Both the position numbers and the translations under genes were made by a program. The notes under the pieces were generated by a model. That model had not been told where the DNA came from, did no database searches, and saw only the letters and a program-made list of their open reading frames with translations. Of a stretch of DNA of 64,000 nucleotides, positions 8,086 to 17,832 are shown one piece after another (within the stretch, counting starts at the first letter, position 1; every line of letters begins with the position of its first letter). The stretch covers positions 56,440 through 120,439 of the forward strand of contig JBEBCD010000057.1 of the NCBI GenBank assembly GCA_041158045.1, given 5' to 3'. Source of the DNA: Actinomycetota bacterium. GTDB taxonomy: Bacteria > Actinomycetota > Acidimicrobiia > Acidimicrobiales > Ilumatobacteraceae.

Positions 8086-9262
8086 CGACCGCCTGCGCAT
8101 CGGGCTCGTCTCGCCCTACAGCCTCACGATCCCCGGGGGCGTGCAGCAGCAGGTGCTCGGGCTCGGCCGCGCGTTGCGCGCGATGGGCCACGAGGTGCGC
8201 GCGCTCGGCCCCTGCGACGGCCCGCCGCCCGAGACGTGGGTGACGCCGCTCGGCGACAGCCTGCCGACCGCGGCCAACGGCTCGTCCGCGCCGCTCGCCC
8301 CCGATCCCTCCGCGGCGCTGCGCACGATCCGCGCGATCAACGACGAGGCCTTCGACGTGCTGCACCTCCACGAGCCGATCGCACCGGGACCGACCGTGAC
8401 GGCCCTGTTGCTGCGCCTCGCGCCGATGGTCGGCACCTTCCACGCCGCCGGCGACGTGTCGTGGTACCGGCGCCTGCGCCGCGGCGCGGCGTGGCTCGCC
8501 ACGCACCTCGACGTGCGGGTGGCGGTGTCGCCGCAGGCCCGCGAGCTCGCGCACCGCTACCTCGGTGGTGAGTACGAGGTGCTCTTCAACGGCATCGACG
8601 TCGACCACTACGCGCCGGCCGCCGCGGGCCCCGTCCCGGGCCCGGCGGCGCGCGAGCGGGCCGTGCTCTTCGTCGGGCGCCACGAGCCGCGCAAGGGTCT
8701 CGAGGTGCTGCTCGAGGCGATGGCCAAGGTGCCGGACGACGTGCGCCTCTGGGTGGTGTCCGACGGCGACGGCATCGGCGAGCTGCGCCAGCGCCACGCC
8801 GGGGACGGGCGCATCGAGTGGCTCGGGCGCATCCCCGAGGAGGAGAAGGTGCGGCGCATGCGCGCATGCGCCGCGTTCTGCGCACCCTCGCTCCACGGCG
8901 AGTCCTTCGGCGTCGTGCTCGCCGAGGCGATGGCCGCGGGTGCGCCGGTGGTGGCGAGCGCGCTCGACGGGTACCTCAACGTGGCGACGCACGAGCGCGA
9001 CGCGCTCCTCGTGCCGCCGGGCGACGCCGCGTCCCTCGCCGCCGCGATCGTGCGCATCGTGGCGGACCGCGAGCTCGCCGCGCGGCTCACCGGGGCCGGT
9101 CGCGCGCGCGCCGAGGCGCTGTCGATGCGCCATCTCGCCGAGGAGTACGTCGGCATCTACCGCGGCGTGCTCGAGCGCGAGCGCCTCGGCGGCACGGGCT
9201 CGCCCTCGGCCTTCGTGCGATTCTTCGAGGACCGCCTGCTCCGGCGCCGTCCCGTAGGCTGA
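8072..9262 (+). CDS. pimA: GT4 glycosyltransferase, phosphatidylinositol alpha-mannosyltransferase PimA-like
   Basis: 396 aa. N-terminus RIGLVSPYSLTIPGGVQQQV. C-terminal GT-B block PSLHGESFGVVLAEAMAAGAPVVAS. 14-nt overlap with patA. Confidence 0.75.
   Translation: MGSPDDRLRIGLVSPYSLTIPGGVQQQVLGLGRALRAMGHEVRALGPCDGPPPETWVTPLGDSLPTAANGSSAPLAPDPSAALRTIRAINDEAFDVLHLHEPIAPGPTVTALLLRLAPMVGTFHAAGDVSWYRRLRRGAAWLATHLDVRVAVSPQARELAHRYLGGEYEVLFNGIDVDHYAPAAAGPVPGPAARERAVLFVGRHEPRKGLEVLLEAMAKVPDDVRLWVVSDGDGIGELRQRHAGDGRIEWLGRIPEEEKVRRMRACAAFCAPSLHGESFGVVLAEAMAAGAPVVASALDGYLNVATHERDALLVPPGDAASLAAAIVRIVADRELAARLTGAGRARAEALSMRHLAEEYVGIYRGVLERERLGGTGSPSAFVRFFEDRLLRRRPVG
9255..9260 (+). promoter_or_regulatory. 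-10-like hexamer TAGGCT, 8 nt upstream of lemA ATG
   Basis: Lies in the last codons of pimA. No SD. Confidence 0.4.
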
Positions 9263-9268
9263 GCGACC

Positions 9269-9826
9269 ATGTCGGCGACGGTGATCGTGGTGCTCGTGGT
9301 CCTCGTGGTGCTGGCCGGCCTCGCCGTCGGGCTCTACAACGGACTCGTGCGCCGTCGCAACCAGGTGGACGCCGCGTGGTCCCAGATCGAGGTGCAGCTC
9401 AAGCGCCGCCTCGACCTCATCCCCAACCTCGTGGAGACGGTCAAGGGCTCGGCGTCCTTCGAGCGCGGCGCGCTGGAGGCCGTGATCTCGGCCCGGTCGG
9501 CCTCGCTGCAGGCCGCGCCCGACCCGGCGGCGCAGGCGCGCGCCGACGGCGCGCTCACCGGTGCGCTGCGCCAGCTCTTCGCGCTCTCCGAGGCGTACCC
9601 GGACCTCAAGAGCAACGCCAGCTACCTCGGGCTCCAGGAGGAGCTCTCGACGACGGAGAGCCGGATCGCCTACGCGCGGCAGTTCTACAACGACGCGGTG
9701 CTCGCGTACCGGACGGCGACGCAGTCGTTCCCAGGGGTGCTCGTCGCGTCGGCGTTCAACTTCGGGCCGCGCGCGCACTACGACGCCGAGCCCGAGGCCG
9801 ACGCGCCGCCGCGCGTCGACTTCTAG
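9269..9826 (+). CDS. lemA: LemA family membrane protein
   Basis: 185 aa. N-terminal TM helix. LemA blocks YNGLVRRRNQVDAAWSQIEVQLKRRLDLIPNLVETVK and RQFYNDAVLAYR. Confidence 0.85.
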   Translation: MSATVIVVLVVLVVLAGLAVGLYNGLVRRRNQVDAAWSQIEVQLKRRLDLIPNLVETVKGSASFERGALEAVISARSASLQAAPDPAAQARADGALTGALRQLFALSEAYPDLKSNASYLGLQEELSTTESRIAYARQFYNDAVLAYRTATQSFPGVLVASAFNFGPRAHYDAEPEADAPPRVDF

Positions 9827-9848
9827 CCCCGGCCGCGCGACCCGTCCC

Positions 9849-10754
9849 GTGCACGACCTCATCGCGAGCAACAAGCGGCGCTCCGTCGCGCTCATCCTCG
9901 GCTTCATCGCCGTCGTCGTGGCCGTCGGCTGGGCCGCCGGCGCCTACCTCGGGGACCCCGTCCTCGGCACGGGTTTCGCGCTCGTGGTCTCGGCGGCCAT
10001 GGCGTTCGGCTCGTACTGGAAGTCCGACGCGATCGCGCTGCGCATGAGCCGCGCGCGCCCCGCGGACGAGACGGAGTACCGCCGCCTGCACAACCTCGTG
10101 GAGGGGCTGTGCATCGCGGGCGGTCTGCCCAAGCCGCGCGTCTACGTGATCGACGATCCCGCGCCCAACGCCTTCGCCACGGGGCGCAACCCGAAGCACG
10201 CGGCGATCGCGGTGACGACGGGACTCCTCGAGATGATGAACCGCGTCGAGCTCGAGGGCGTCGTCGCCCACGAGCTGTCGCACATCCGCAACTACGACAT
10301 CCTCGTCAACACGATCGCGGTCACGCTCGTCGGCACCGTCGCGCTGCTCGCCGACCTCGGCATCCGCATGATGTGGTGGAACGGCGGCCGCGCGCACCGC
10401 GACGGCGACCGCCGGGACTCGGGCAACCCGCTCGCGTTCGTCGGCTTCGCGCTCCTCATCCTCGCCCCGCTGCTCGGCCGCGCGATGCAGGCCGCGGTGA
10501 GCCGCCGCCGGGAGACGCTCGCCGACGTCTCGGCCTGCCATCTCACGCGCTATCCGCCGGGGCTCATCGCGGCGCTCGAGAAGCTGCAGTCGGACTCGAC
10601 CGTGACGCATGCCGCGAGCATGGCCACGGCGCACATGTGGATCGAGCAGCCGATGTCGGGCGTGAATGACGCGGGCAGACTCGGCGCGTTCCATAAACTC
10701 TTCGCGACCCACCCACCGCTCGCGGAGCGCATCGCGCTCCTGAGGGAGATCTGA
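9849..10754 (+). CDS. htpX: M48 family zinc metalloprotease HtpX
   Basis: GTG at 9849 in the frame of the listed 9561..10754 ORF. HELSH zinc motif (VVAHELSHIRNYD). NAFATG block. Multi-TM. THPPLAERI C-terminus. Confidence 0.85.
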   Translation: MHDLIASNKRRSVALILGFIAVVVAVGWAAGAYLGDPVLGTGFALVVSAAMAFGSYWKSDAIALRMSRARPADETEYRRLHNLVEGLCIAGGLPKPRVYVIDDPAPNAFATGRNPKHAAIAVTTGLLEMMNRVELEGVVAHELSHIRNYDILVNTIAVTLVGTVALLADLGIRMMWWNGGRAHRDGDRRDSGNPLAFVGFALLILAPLLGRAMQAAVSRRRETLADVSACHLTRYPPGLIAALEKLQSDSTVTHAASMATAHMWIEQPMSGVNDAGRLGAFHKLFATHPPLAERIALLREI

Positions 10755-10758
10755 TCGC

Positions 10759-11877
10759 ATGTCCCGCCGCGTCGCAGCCAGCCCCGCCCGATCCCCGCGC
10801 CCCGGGCGATCCGCCCGTCTCGCCACGCTCGTGGCGGCGCTCGCGGTCGTCGCCGCGGCGTGCGGCGGAGGCTCGGGCGAGGGCGAGGCCGTCGCCGAGG
10901 AGGCGTCGGTCGCCGAGGCGACGACGACGACCGAGTCCACGACGACCACGACGACGATCCCGGTCGTGCGCGCGCCGCTCACCGGCGCGCCGGCGCCCGA
11001 CGAGACGGTCCTCGGCCGGCCCGCCCTCGTCGTGAAGATCGACAACCATCCGCAGGCGCGTCCCCAGTGGGGCCTCAACCAGGCCGACATCGTCTTCGAG
11101 GAGAACGTGGAGATGCTCACGCGCTTCGCCGCCGTCTTCCACAGCGAGGGCAGCGACCCCGTCGGCCCGATCCGCTCCGGCCGCCTCCAGGACATCAACC
11201 TGCTCGCGTCCCTCAACGCGCCGCTCTTCGCCTGGAGCGGCGGCAACGCCCAGGTGAGCGCCGCGATCCGCAAGTCCACGATGGTCGACCTGTCGCACTC
11301 GGCGGCCAACGAGAAGGGCGGCTTCCGTCGCGAGTCGAGCCGCAACGCGCCGCACAACCTGCTCGCCGAGACGACCAAGCTCTGGACGCTCGCCCCCGAG
11401 GGCGCCGCCGCGCCGCAGCCGCAGTTCGCCTACCGCGCCGACGGCGCCGAGGTGGCCGGCGCGAGCAAGCCCGCGGGCGCGGTGCGCATCGGGATGGACG
11501 GCGTGAAGGTCCAGTGGGAGTGGAACCCGGACCTCCTCGTCTTCGTCCGCTCGCAGGACGACAAGCCCCACGTGGACATCGACGACGTGCGGGTCAACGC
11601 CAAGAACGTGGTGCTGATCTTCGCCGAGCACTCCAAGAGCGGCATCAGCCCGGTCGCCAAGTCGGTGGGCAGCGGCGAGGCGTGGGTCTACACGGCCGGC
11701 GTCCTCGTCCAGGGCAGCTGGGAGCGCCTCGACCCGATGGTGCCCTTCACCCTCAAGGACCCCTCGGGCGCGACGATCGAGCTCACGCCCGGGCGCACCT
11801 GGGTCGAGGTGGTCCGCAAGACCAAGGCGGCGCACATCCCCGCCGGCATCGACCCGACGACCGTCAAGTACCCCTGA
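10759..11877 (+). CDS. DUF3048 domain-containing lipoprotein
   Basis: 372 aa. Lipobox-like AAACGG after a basic N-terminus. Thr-rich linker. DUF3048-like block VVKIDNHPQARPQWGLNQADIVFEE. GGGAGA Shine-Dalgarno 9 nt upstream. Confidence 0.7.
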   Translation: MSRRVAASPARSPRPGRSARLATLVAALAVVAAACGGGSGEGEAVAEEASVAEATTTTESTTTTTTIPVVRAPLTGAPAPDETVLGRPALVVKIDNHPQARPQWGLNQADIVFEENVEMLTRFAAVFHSEGSDPVGPIRSGRLQDINLLASLNAPLFAWSGGNAQVSAAIRKSTMVDLSHSAANEKGGFRRESSRNAPHNLLAETTKLWTLAPEGAAAPQPQFAYRADGAEVAGASKPAGAVRIGMDGVKVQWEWNPDLLVFVRSQDDKPHVDIDDVRVNAKNVVLIFAEHSKSGISPVAKSVGSGEAWVYTAGVLVQGSWERLDPMVPFTLKDPSGATIELTPGRTWVEVVRKTKAAHIPAGIDPTTVKYP

Positions 11878-11919
11878 CCTTTCCGAGGCTGCGTCGCGGA
11901 GCCCGCGGCGGACCGTCGG

Positions 11920-11925
11920 TACGAT
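11920..11925 (+). promoter_or_regulatory. -10-like hexamer TACGAT, 18 nt upstream of pdxS ATG (short leader)
   Basis: The only TANNNT in the 66-bp gap. Confidence 0.3.
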
Positions 11926-11943
11926 GAGCGGCGGATCCGCGAC

Positions 11944-12852
11944 ATGAGCCCCCGAGACGCCGCCCCGCAGGCCACCCACGCCACCGGCACCGCCCGGGTG
12001 AAGCGCGGCCTCGCCGAGATGCTGAAGGGCGGCGTCATCATGGACGTCGTCACCCCGGAGCAGGCCCGCATCGCCGAGGACGCGGGCGCGACCGCCGTCA
12101 TGGCGCTCGAGCGCGTGCCCGCCGACATCCGCCGCGACGGCGGCGTCGCGCGCATGAGCGACCCCGAGATGATCGAGGGGATCATGGCCGCGGTGAAGAT
12201 CCCGGTGATGGCCAAGGCGCGCATCGGCCACTTCGTCGAGGCGCAGGTGCTGGAGTCGCTCGGCGTCGACTTCGTCGACGAGAGCGAGGTCCTCACGCCG
12301 GCCGACGAGACGCACCACATCGACAAGTTCGCGTTCACCGTGCCGTTCGTCTGCGGCGCGACCAACCTCGGCGAGGCCCTCCGGCGCGTGTCCGAGGGTG
12401 CGGCGCTCATCCGCAGCAAGGGCGAGGCGGGCACCGGCAACATCGTCGAGGCGGTGCGCCACCTGCGCTCCATCGTCGGCGACGTGCGACGCCTCGGGCA
12501 GGCCGACTCGGCCGAGCTCTTCGACTGGGCCAAGCGCCTCGGCGCACCGCTGCCGCTCGTGCAGGAGGTCGCCGAGACGGGTGCGCTGCCCGTGCCGCTC
12601 TTCTGTGCCGGCGGCATCGCCACGCCCGCCGACGCCGCGCTCGCCATGCAGCTCGGCGCCGAGGCGGTCTTCGTCGGCTCCGGCATCTTCAAGTCCGACG
12701 ATCCGGCGCCCCGCGCCAAGGCGATCGTCGAGGCGACCACGCACTTCCGCGACCCGCAGATCATCGCCAAGGTGAGCCGCAACCTCGGCGCGCCGATGAC
12801 CGGGATCGGGATGGACCAGGTCGCGCAGAGGTACGCCGACCGCGGCTGGTAG
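11944..12852 (+). CDS. pdxS: Pyridoxal 5'-phosphate synthase lyase subunit PdxS
   Basis: 302 aa. [38 protein letters not shown]. Confidence 0.95.
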   Translation: MSPRDAAPQATHATGTARVKRGLAEMLKGGVIMDVVTPEQARIAEDAGATAVMALERVPADIRRDGGVARMSDPEMIEGIMAAVKIPVMAKARIGHFVEAQVLESLGVDFVDESEVLTPADETHHIDKFAFTVPFVCGATNLGEALRRVSEGAALIRSKGEAGTGNIVEAVRHLRSIVGDVRRLGQADSAELFDWAKRLGAPLPLVQEVAETGALPVPLFCAGGIATPADAALAMQLGAEAVFVGSGIFKSDDPAPRAKAIVEATTHFRDPQIIAKVSRNLGAPMTGIGMDQVAQRYADRGW

Positions 12853-12856
12853 GGCC

Positions 12857-13441
12857 GTGGCGCGACCGGCCGTCGGCGTGCTCGCCCTCCAGGGCGCGTT
12901 CGCCGCGCATGCCCGCGCGCTCGACGCCGCGGGCGCCGACGCCCGCGAGGTCCGCCTGCCGCGCGACCTGCCGGGCCTCCGGGGCCTCGTGATCCCCGGC
13001 GGCGAGAGCTCGGTCATGTCGCAGCTCCTCGAGTCGAGCGACCTCTTCGACCCCGTCGCGGACGCGATCGCCGGCGGGCTGCCGGTCTTCGGCACCTGCG
13101 CGGGGATGATCCTGCTCGCCGCCCAGGTGCTGGACGGTCGCGAGGACCAGAAGTGCTTCGCCGCGATCGACGTGGTCGCACAGCGCAACGCCTACGGCCG
13201 CCAGGTCGACAGCTTCGAGGCCGACCTCGACGTCGCGGGCCTCGACCGTGCGTTCCACGCCGTCTTCATCCGTGCCCCGCGGCTCGCCCGGGTGGGGGAC
13301 GGCGTCGAGGTGCTCGCGCGGCACCGCGGCGACGTCGTGCTCGCGCGCCAGCGTCGGGTCATGGTGGCCGCCTTCCACCCCGAGCTCACGGACGACGCGA
13401 GGATCCACGAGCTCTTCGTGGCGACGGTGGGGGAGGGCTAG
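12857..13441 (+). CDS. pdxT: Pyridoxal 5'-phosphate synthase glutaminase subunit PdxT
   Basis: 194 aa. [17 protein letters not shown] (catalytic Cys), AFHPELT. Confidence 0.9.
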   Translation: MARPAVGVLALQGAFAAHARALDAAGADAREVRLPRDLPGLRGLVIPGGESSVMSQLLESSDLFDPVADAIAGGLPVFGTCAGMILLAAQVLDGREDQKCFAAIDVVAQRNAYGRQVDSFEADLDVAGLDRAFHAVFIRAPRLARVGDGVEVLARHRGDVVLARQRRVMVAAFHPELTDDARIHELFVATVGEG

Positions 13442-13443
13442 CC

Positions 13444-14193
13444 GTGTCGGGTCACTCCAAGTGGGCGACGATCAAGCACAAGAAGGCGGCGATCGACAAG
13501 GCGCGCGGCAAGACGTTCGCCAAGATCGCCCGCCAGCTCGAGGTCGCGGCGCGCGAGGGCGGCGGCGATCCCGACCACAACGCGAGCCTCCGCACCGTCG
13601 TGTCCAAGGCCAAGGCCGCGCAGATGACCAACGACGCGATCGACCGCGCGATCAAGCGCGGCACCGGCGAGGCCGACGGCGGTCGATACGAGGCCGTCAC
13701 CTACGAGGCGTACGCGCCGGGCGGCGTGGCGATGCTCATCGAGATCCTCACGGACAACCGCAACCGCACGGCCTCCGAGGTCCGTGCGATCTTCACCAAG
13801 CAGGGCGGGTCCATGGCGGCCCCGGGCTCGGTGGCGTGGCAGTTCACCCGCACCGGCCTCCTGCTCGTGCCGGGCACCGTGGCGGAGGACGACCTCATGA
13901 CGATCGGCCTCGAGCACGGCGTCGAGGACATCGCGCGCCAGGGCGACCTCTGGCAGGTCACCTGCGGCGCCTCCGACGTGTGGGCGCTCAAGGCCGCGCT
14001 CGAGGCGGCGGGCATCGCCGTGGCGTCGGCGAGCGCGTCCATGGTGTCGTCCTCGCTCGTGCCGGTCACCGACGCGGCGGCCGCCAAGGCGGTGCTGCGC
14101 ATCATGGACGAGCTGGAGGAGCACGACGACGTGCAGGACGTCTTCGCCAACTTCGACATCCCCGACGAGCTCGTCGCGGCGGTCGGCGCGTGA
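13444..14193 (+). CDS. yebC: YebC/PmpR family DNA-binding transcriptional regulator
   Basis: GTG at 13444. [22 protein letters not shown] signature N-terminus. Confidence 0.9.
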   Translation: MSGHSKWATIKHKKAAIDKARGKTFAKIARQLEVAAREGGGDPDHNASLRTVVSKAKAAQMTNDAIDRAIKRGTGEADGGRYEAVTYEAYAPGGVAMLIEILTDNRNRTASEVRAIFTKQGGSMAAPGSVAWQFTRTGLLLVPGTVAEDDLMTIGLEHGVEDIARQGDLWQVTCGASDVWALKAALEAAGIAVASASASMVSSSLVPVTDAAAAKAVLRIMDELEEHDDVQDVFANFDIPDELVAAVGA

Positions 14194-14660
14194 GCGGCGC
14201 CCCCGGCGTCGGCGACGCCGCCCCCGACTTCGCGCTGCCGGGCACCGGCGGGCGCACGCACCGCCTCTCCGACCTGCGCGGTCGCGTGGTGGTGCTCGTC
14301 TTCTACCCGGGCGACGACACGCCCGTCTGCACCCGCCAGCTCTGCGCGTACAACGACGAGCTCGCGCAGTTCCGCGCCCTCGACGCGCAGGTGCTGGCGA
14401 TCTCGGCGCAGGACGTCGCGAGCCACGAGCGGTTCTCCGGGCGCCACGGCTTCGGCTTCCCGCTGCTCGCCGACGTGGACAAGCAGGTGGCGCGCGCGTA
14501 CGGCGTCGTCGGTCCGTTCGGCATGCCGCGGCGCAGCGTCTTCGTCGTGGACGCGGCGGGCCGCATCGCGTACGCGCACCGCGCCCTCGCGGGCCTCACC
14601 TACCGGCCCGTCGACGAGCTCGTCGGGGCGATCGCCGCCGCGCGCGGGGGCGATCGCTAG
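14190..14660 (+). CDS. bcp: Peroxiredoxin (Bcp/PrxQ type thiol peroxidase)
   Basis: GTG in a GTGA overlap with the yebC stop. [24 protein letters not shown] (CxxxxC). Confidence 0.85.
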   Translation: MSGAPGVGDAAPDFALPGTGGRTHRLSDLRGRVVVLVFYPGDDTPVCTRQLCAYNDELAQFRALDAQVLAISAQDVASHERFSGRHGFGFPLLADVDKQVARAYGVVGPFGMPRRSVFVVDAAGRIAYAHRALAGLTYRPVDELVGAIAAARGGDR

Positions 14661-14663
14661 GAT
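14658..14663 (+). promoter_or_regulatory. -10-like hexamer TAGGAT, 7 nt upstream of ruvC ATG
   Basis: The TAG is the bcp stop codon. Abuts the LexA-box-like palindrome. Confidence 0.45.
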
Positions 14664-14678
14664 CGTACATATGTTCGC
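14663..14678. promoter_or_regulatory. Candidate LexA (SOS) box overlapping the ruvC start codon
   Basis: TCGTACATATGTTCGC versus the actinobacterial consensus TCGAAC-N4-GTTCGA: one mismatch in each half-site. Near-perfect 14-bp palindrome CGTACATATGTTCG. Abuts the TAGGAT hexamer and contains the ruvC ATG. Confidence 0.5.
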
Positions 14679-15165
14679 CCCCCGGGTGCTCGGCATCGAC
14701 CCGGGGCTGACGCGGTGCGGCTTCGCCGTCGTGGCGCCCCGGGGGGCGCAGCGGCCGCGCCTCGTGACCCTCGGCGTCATCCGCACCGACAAGGCCTCGC
14801 CCCTCGCGGTGCGACTCGCCGAGCTGGCCGCCGAGTTCGAGGCGCTGCTCGACGAGCACCGGCCGACCGCGGTGGCGGTGGAGCGGGTCTTCTTCCAGGC
14901 CAACGCGCGGACGGCGATGAGCGTCGCGCAGGCGAGCGGCCTCGCGCTCGCGGCGGCCGCGCGGCGCGGCATCGCGGTCGCCGAGTACACGCCCAACGCG
15001 GTGAAGCTCGCGGTGGCCGGCTACGGCGCCGCGGACAAGGCGCAGGTGCAGCGCATGGTGCGACAGCGGCTCGGCCTGCGCGCGACGCCGCGCCCCGCCG
15101 ACGCGGCCGACGCGGCCGCGCTCGCGCTCTGCCACCTCGCCACGATCCCGGGGCGCGCGGCGTGA
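14671..15165 (+). CDS. ruvC: Crossover junction endodeoxyribonuclease RuvC
   Basis: 164 aa. [37 protein letters not shown]. Confidence 0.9.
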   Translation: MFAPRVLGIDPGLTRCGFAVVAPRGAQRPRLVTLGVIRTDKASPLAVRLAELAAEFEALLDEHRPTAVAVERVFFQANARTAMSVAQASGLALAAAARRGIAVAEYTPNAVKLAVAGYGAADKAQVQRMVRQRLGLRATPRPADAADAAALALCHLATIPGRAA

Positions 15166-15755
15166 TCGGGTCGCTGCGCGGCACCGTGCTGGAGCGCGTC
15201 GGCGACGGCGCCGCCCTCGTCGAGGTCGCGGGCGTCGGCTATCTCGTGCAGGTCACGCCCCGCGCGTGCGCCGAGATGGAGCCCACGACCCCCGTGTTCC
15301 TCCACGTGCACCACCACGTGCGGGAGGACGGCGAGACGCTGTACGGCTTCCTCGACCGCGACGAGCGGCGCGCGTTCGAGCTGCTCATCGGGGTGCACGG
15401 CATCGGGCCGACCATGGCGATGGGCATCCTCGGGCACCTCGCGCCCGCGGCGCTGGCCGACGCGGTGGCGGCGGGCGACCTCGCCGCCCTCGTCGCCGTG
15501 CCCGGCATCGGGCGCAAGACCGCCGAGCGGCTCGTCGTGGAGCTGCGCGACCGACTCTCGCCCGCCGAGGGCGACCGCGGCGGTGCCGGCGGCTCCGCCA
15601 TCGCCGACGTGCGGGGCGCCCTCGCCGGCCTCGGCTACGACGCCGAGGAGATCCGCGAGGCGCTCCGCGAGGTCCGCGCGCCCGAGGGCGGCGTGGGGGA
15701 CCCCGAGCGGCTGCTGCGCGACGCGCTCGGCGTGCTCGCCGCGCGGAGGGCCTGA
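15162..15755 (+). CDS. ruvA: Holliday junction branch migration complex subunit RuvA
   Basis: GTGA overlap with ruv[17 protein letters not shown], HhH motifs [10 protein letters not shown] and [12 protein letters not shown]. Confidence 0.9.
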   Translation: MIGSLRGTVLERVGDGAALVEVAGVGYLVQVTPRACAEMEPTTPVFLHVHHHVREDGETLYGFLDRDERRAFELLIGVHGIGPTMAMGILGHLAPAALADAVAAGDLAALVAVPGIGRKTAERLVVELRDRLSPAEGDRGGAGGSAIADVRGALAGLGYDAEEIREALREVRAPEGGVGDPERLLRDALGVLAARRA

Positions 15756-15760
15756 GCGCC

Positions 15761-16780
15761 GTGCGGGAGGAGTGGGTGGACCCCGCGGTGACGGGCGACG
15801 CCGAGGTGCGCGACGACCTCGGGGTGCGCCCGCGCAGCCTCGTGGAGTTCGTCGGCCAGCGCGAGCTGAAGGAGCACCTCGGCATCGTGCTGGAGGCCGC
15901 GCGGCGGCGAGGCGACGCGGCGGACCACCTGCTGCTCGCGGGCCCGCCGGGGCTCGGCAAGACGACGCTCGCCGCGATCGTGGCGAGGGAGATGGGCGCC
16001 GAGATGCACGTGACGTCGGGGCCGGCGCTCGACCGCGCCGGGGACCTCGCGGCGATCCTCACCAAGCTCGGCGACCGCGACGTGCTGTTCATCGACGAGA
16101 TCCATCGGCTCGCGCGACCCGTCGAGGAGATCCTCTACCCGGCGATGGAGGACTTCCGCATCGACCTCGTGGTGGGCAAGGGCCCGTCCGCGTCGTCGAT
16201 CCGCCTCGCGCTCCCGAGGTTCACCCTCATCGGCGCGACGACGCGCACGGGCATGATCACCGGCCCGCTCCGCGATCGTTTCGGCCTCGTCGCGCGCCTC
16301 GACTACTACGACGAGGAGGACCTGCGGGCCATCGTGGCGCGCAGCGCGGGCATCCTCGGGGTGCGCGCCGACGCCGAGGGCGCGGCCGAGATCGCGCGCC
16401 GGTCGCGCGGCACGCCCCGCATCGCCAACCGCCTGCTGCGACGCGTGCGCGACCACGCGGAGGTCCGCGGGTCGGGCGCGGTGGACGCCGGCGGCGCGCG
16501 CACGGCGCTCGAGACCTTCGGCGTCGACGCGATCGGCCTCGACAAGCTCGACCGCGCCGCGCTCGGCGCGCTGTGCCGCCAGTTCGACGGCGGGCCGGTC
16601 GGCCTCACGACGCTCGCGATCGCGGTGGGCGAGCAGCCCGAGACGGTCGAGGACGTCGTGGAGCCGTTCCTCATCCAGCGCGGGCTCCTGCAGCGCACGC
16701 CCCGCGGCCGCGTCGCGACCCGCACCGCGTGGGAGCACCTCGGCCTCGTACCGCCGGATGCCGCGCCCGCCCCGCGCTGA
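15761..16780 (+). CDS. ruvB: Holliday junction DNA helicase RuvB
   Basis: GTG at 15761. [11 protein letters not shown], Walker [10 protein letters not shown], Walker [25 protein letters not shown]. Confidence 0.95.
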   Translation: MREEWVDPAVTGDAEVRDDLGVRPRSLVEFVGQRELKEHLGIVLEAARRRGDAADHLLLAGPPGLGKTTLAAIVAREMGAEMHVTSGPALDRAGDLAAILTKLGDRDVLFIDEIHRLARPVEEILYPAMEDFRIDLVVGKGPSASSIRLALPRFTLIGATTRTGMITGPLRDRFGLVARLDYYDEEDLRAIVARSAGILGVRADAEGAAEIARRSRGTPRIANRLLRRVRDHAEVRGSGAVDAGGARTALETFGVDAIGLDKLDRAALGALCRQFDGGPVGLTTLAIAVGEQPETVEDVVEPFLIQRGLLQRTPRGRVATRTAWEHLGLVPPDAAPAPR

Positions 16781-16790
16781 GCGGGGTCCC

Positions 16791-17828
16791 GTGCAGCTCG
16801 CCGACTTCGACTACGACCTGCCCGCGGAGCGGATCGCCCAGACGCCCGTCGAGCCGCGCGACGCCGCGCGCCTGCTCGTGGACCGCGGCGATCCCGCGGT
16901 CGCCCCGCCGCACGACGCGCACGTGCGGGACCTGCCGGGGCTCGTCGCGCCGGGCGACGTGGTGGTGGTCAACGACACGCGCGTCATGCCCGCCCGCCTC
17001 CGGCTCGCGCGCCGCAGCGGGGGCGCCGTCGAGGTGCTGCTGCTCGAGCCGCGCGACGCGCGCCGCCTGCGCTGGGAGGCGCTCGTGCGGCCGGGCGGGC
17101 GGATCCGCGAGGGCGAGGAGCTCGTCGGCCCCGACGGGGCGACGGTGGCGGTGATGGGCCCGCGCACCGCGGCGGGCGACACCTTCGAGGTCGAGCTCGT
17201 CCCCGACGCGGCGGGCGGCACGGACGCCCTGCTCGAGCGGCGCGGCGAGATGCCGCTCCCTCCCTACATCACGGCCGCGCCCGGGCGCCGCGAGCGCTAC
17301 CAGACGGTCTACGCGCGCGACGGGCACTCGGCGGCGGCGCCGACCGCGGGACTGCACTTCACGCCCGGCCTCATGGCGGCCCTCGAGGCCCGGGGCGCGA
17401 CGATCGCACGCGTCGAGCTCACGGTCGGCCTCGACACGTTCCAGCCCGTCACGGCGGAGGACCCGCGCACCCACGCGATGCACGCGGAGTCCTACCGCGT
17501 GCCCGCGGCCACGCTCGCCGCCTGCCGCGAGTGCCGCGCCCGCGGCGGCCGCGTGCTCGCGGTCGGCACGACGGCCGTGCGCGCGCTCGAGAGCGCGGCG
17601 CGCGGCGACGCGGAGGGCCGCACGCGGCTCTTCATCCACCGCGGGTTCGAGTTCGCCGTCGTCGACCGCCTGCTCACCAACTTCCACCTGCCGCGCACCA
17701 CGCTGCTGATGATGATCGACGCCGTCGTGGGGCCGCGCTGGCGCGCGCTCTACGCGCACGCGATCGACCGGGGCTACCGGATGCTGTCGTTCGGGGACGC
17801 GATGCTCCTCGACCGGCACCTACGGTAG
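16791..17828 (+). CDS. queA: S-adenosylmethionine:tRNA ribosyltransferase-isomerase QueA
   Basis: The GTG at 16791 gives N-terminus VQLADFDYDLPAERIAQTP, colinear with E. coli and B. subtilis QueA N-termini. TNFHLPRTTLLMM block. The listed ATG at 16758 would overlap ruvB by 23 nt. Confidence 0.9.
   Translation: MQLADFDYDLPAERIAQTPVEPRDAARLLVDRGDPAVAPPHDAHVRDLPGLVAPGDVVVVNDTRVMPARLRLARRSGGAVEVLLLEPRDARRLRWEALVRPGGRIREGEELVGPDGATVAVMGPRTAAGDTFEVELVPDAAGGTDALLERRGEMPLPPYITAAPGRRERYQTVYARDGHSAAAPTAGLHFTPGLMAALEARGATIARVELTVGLDTFQPVTAEDPRTHAMHAESYRVPAATLAACRECRARGGRVLAVGTTAVRALESAARGDAEGRTRLFIHRGFEFAVVDRLLTNFHLPRTTLLMMIDAVVGPRWRALYAHAIDRGYRMLSFGDAMLLDRHLR
17821..17826 (+). promoter_or_regulatory. 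-10-like hexamer TACGGT, 6 nt upstream of tgt GTG
   Basis: Overlaps the queA stop TAG (17826-17828). No SD. Confidence 0.35.
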
Positions 17829-17832
17829 GCGC

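Noticed and set aside
11878-11943. CGCGG-AGC-CCGCG hairpin in the gap before pdxS as a terminator or riboswitch
   Set aside because: It is a 5-bp stem without a U-tract, and the gap is too short (66 bp) for any known riboswitch class. It is treated as an ordinary promoter region.
16758-16790. Longer N-terminal extensions offered by the ORF track for queA (16758), efp (37945), mltG (31607), pyrR (40422), patA (7168) and pgsA (6165)
   Set aside because: In each case the extension is non-conserved or low-complexity and overlaps the upstream gene. A downstream start reproduces the canonical family N-terminus or a four-base coupled junction.
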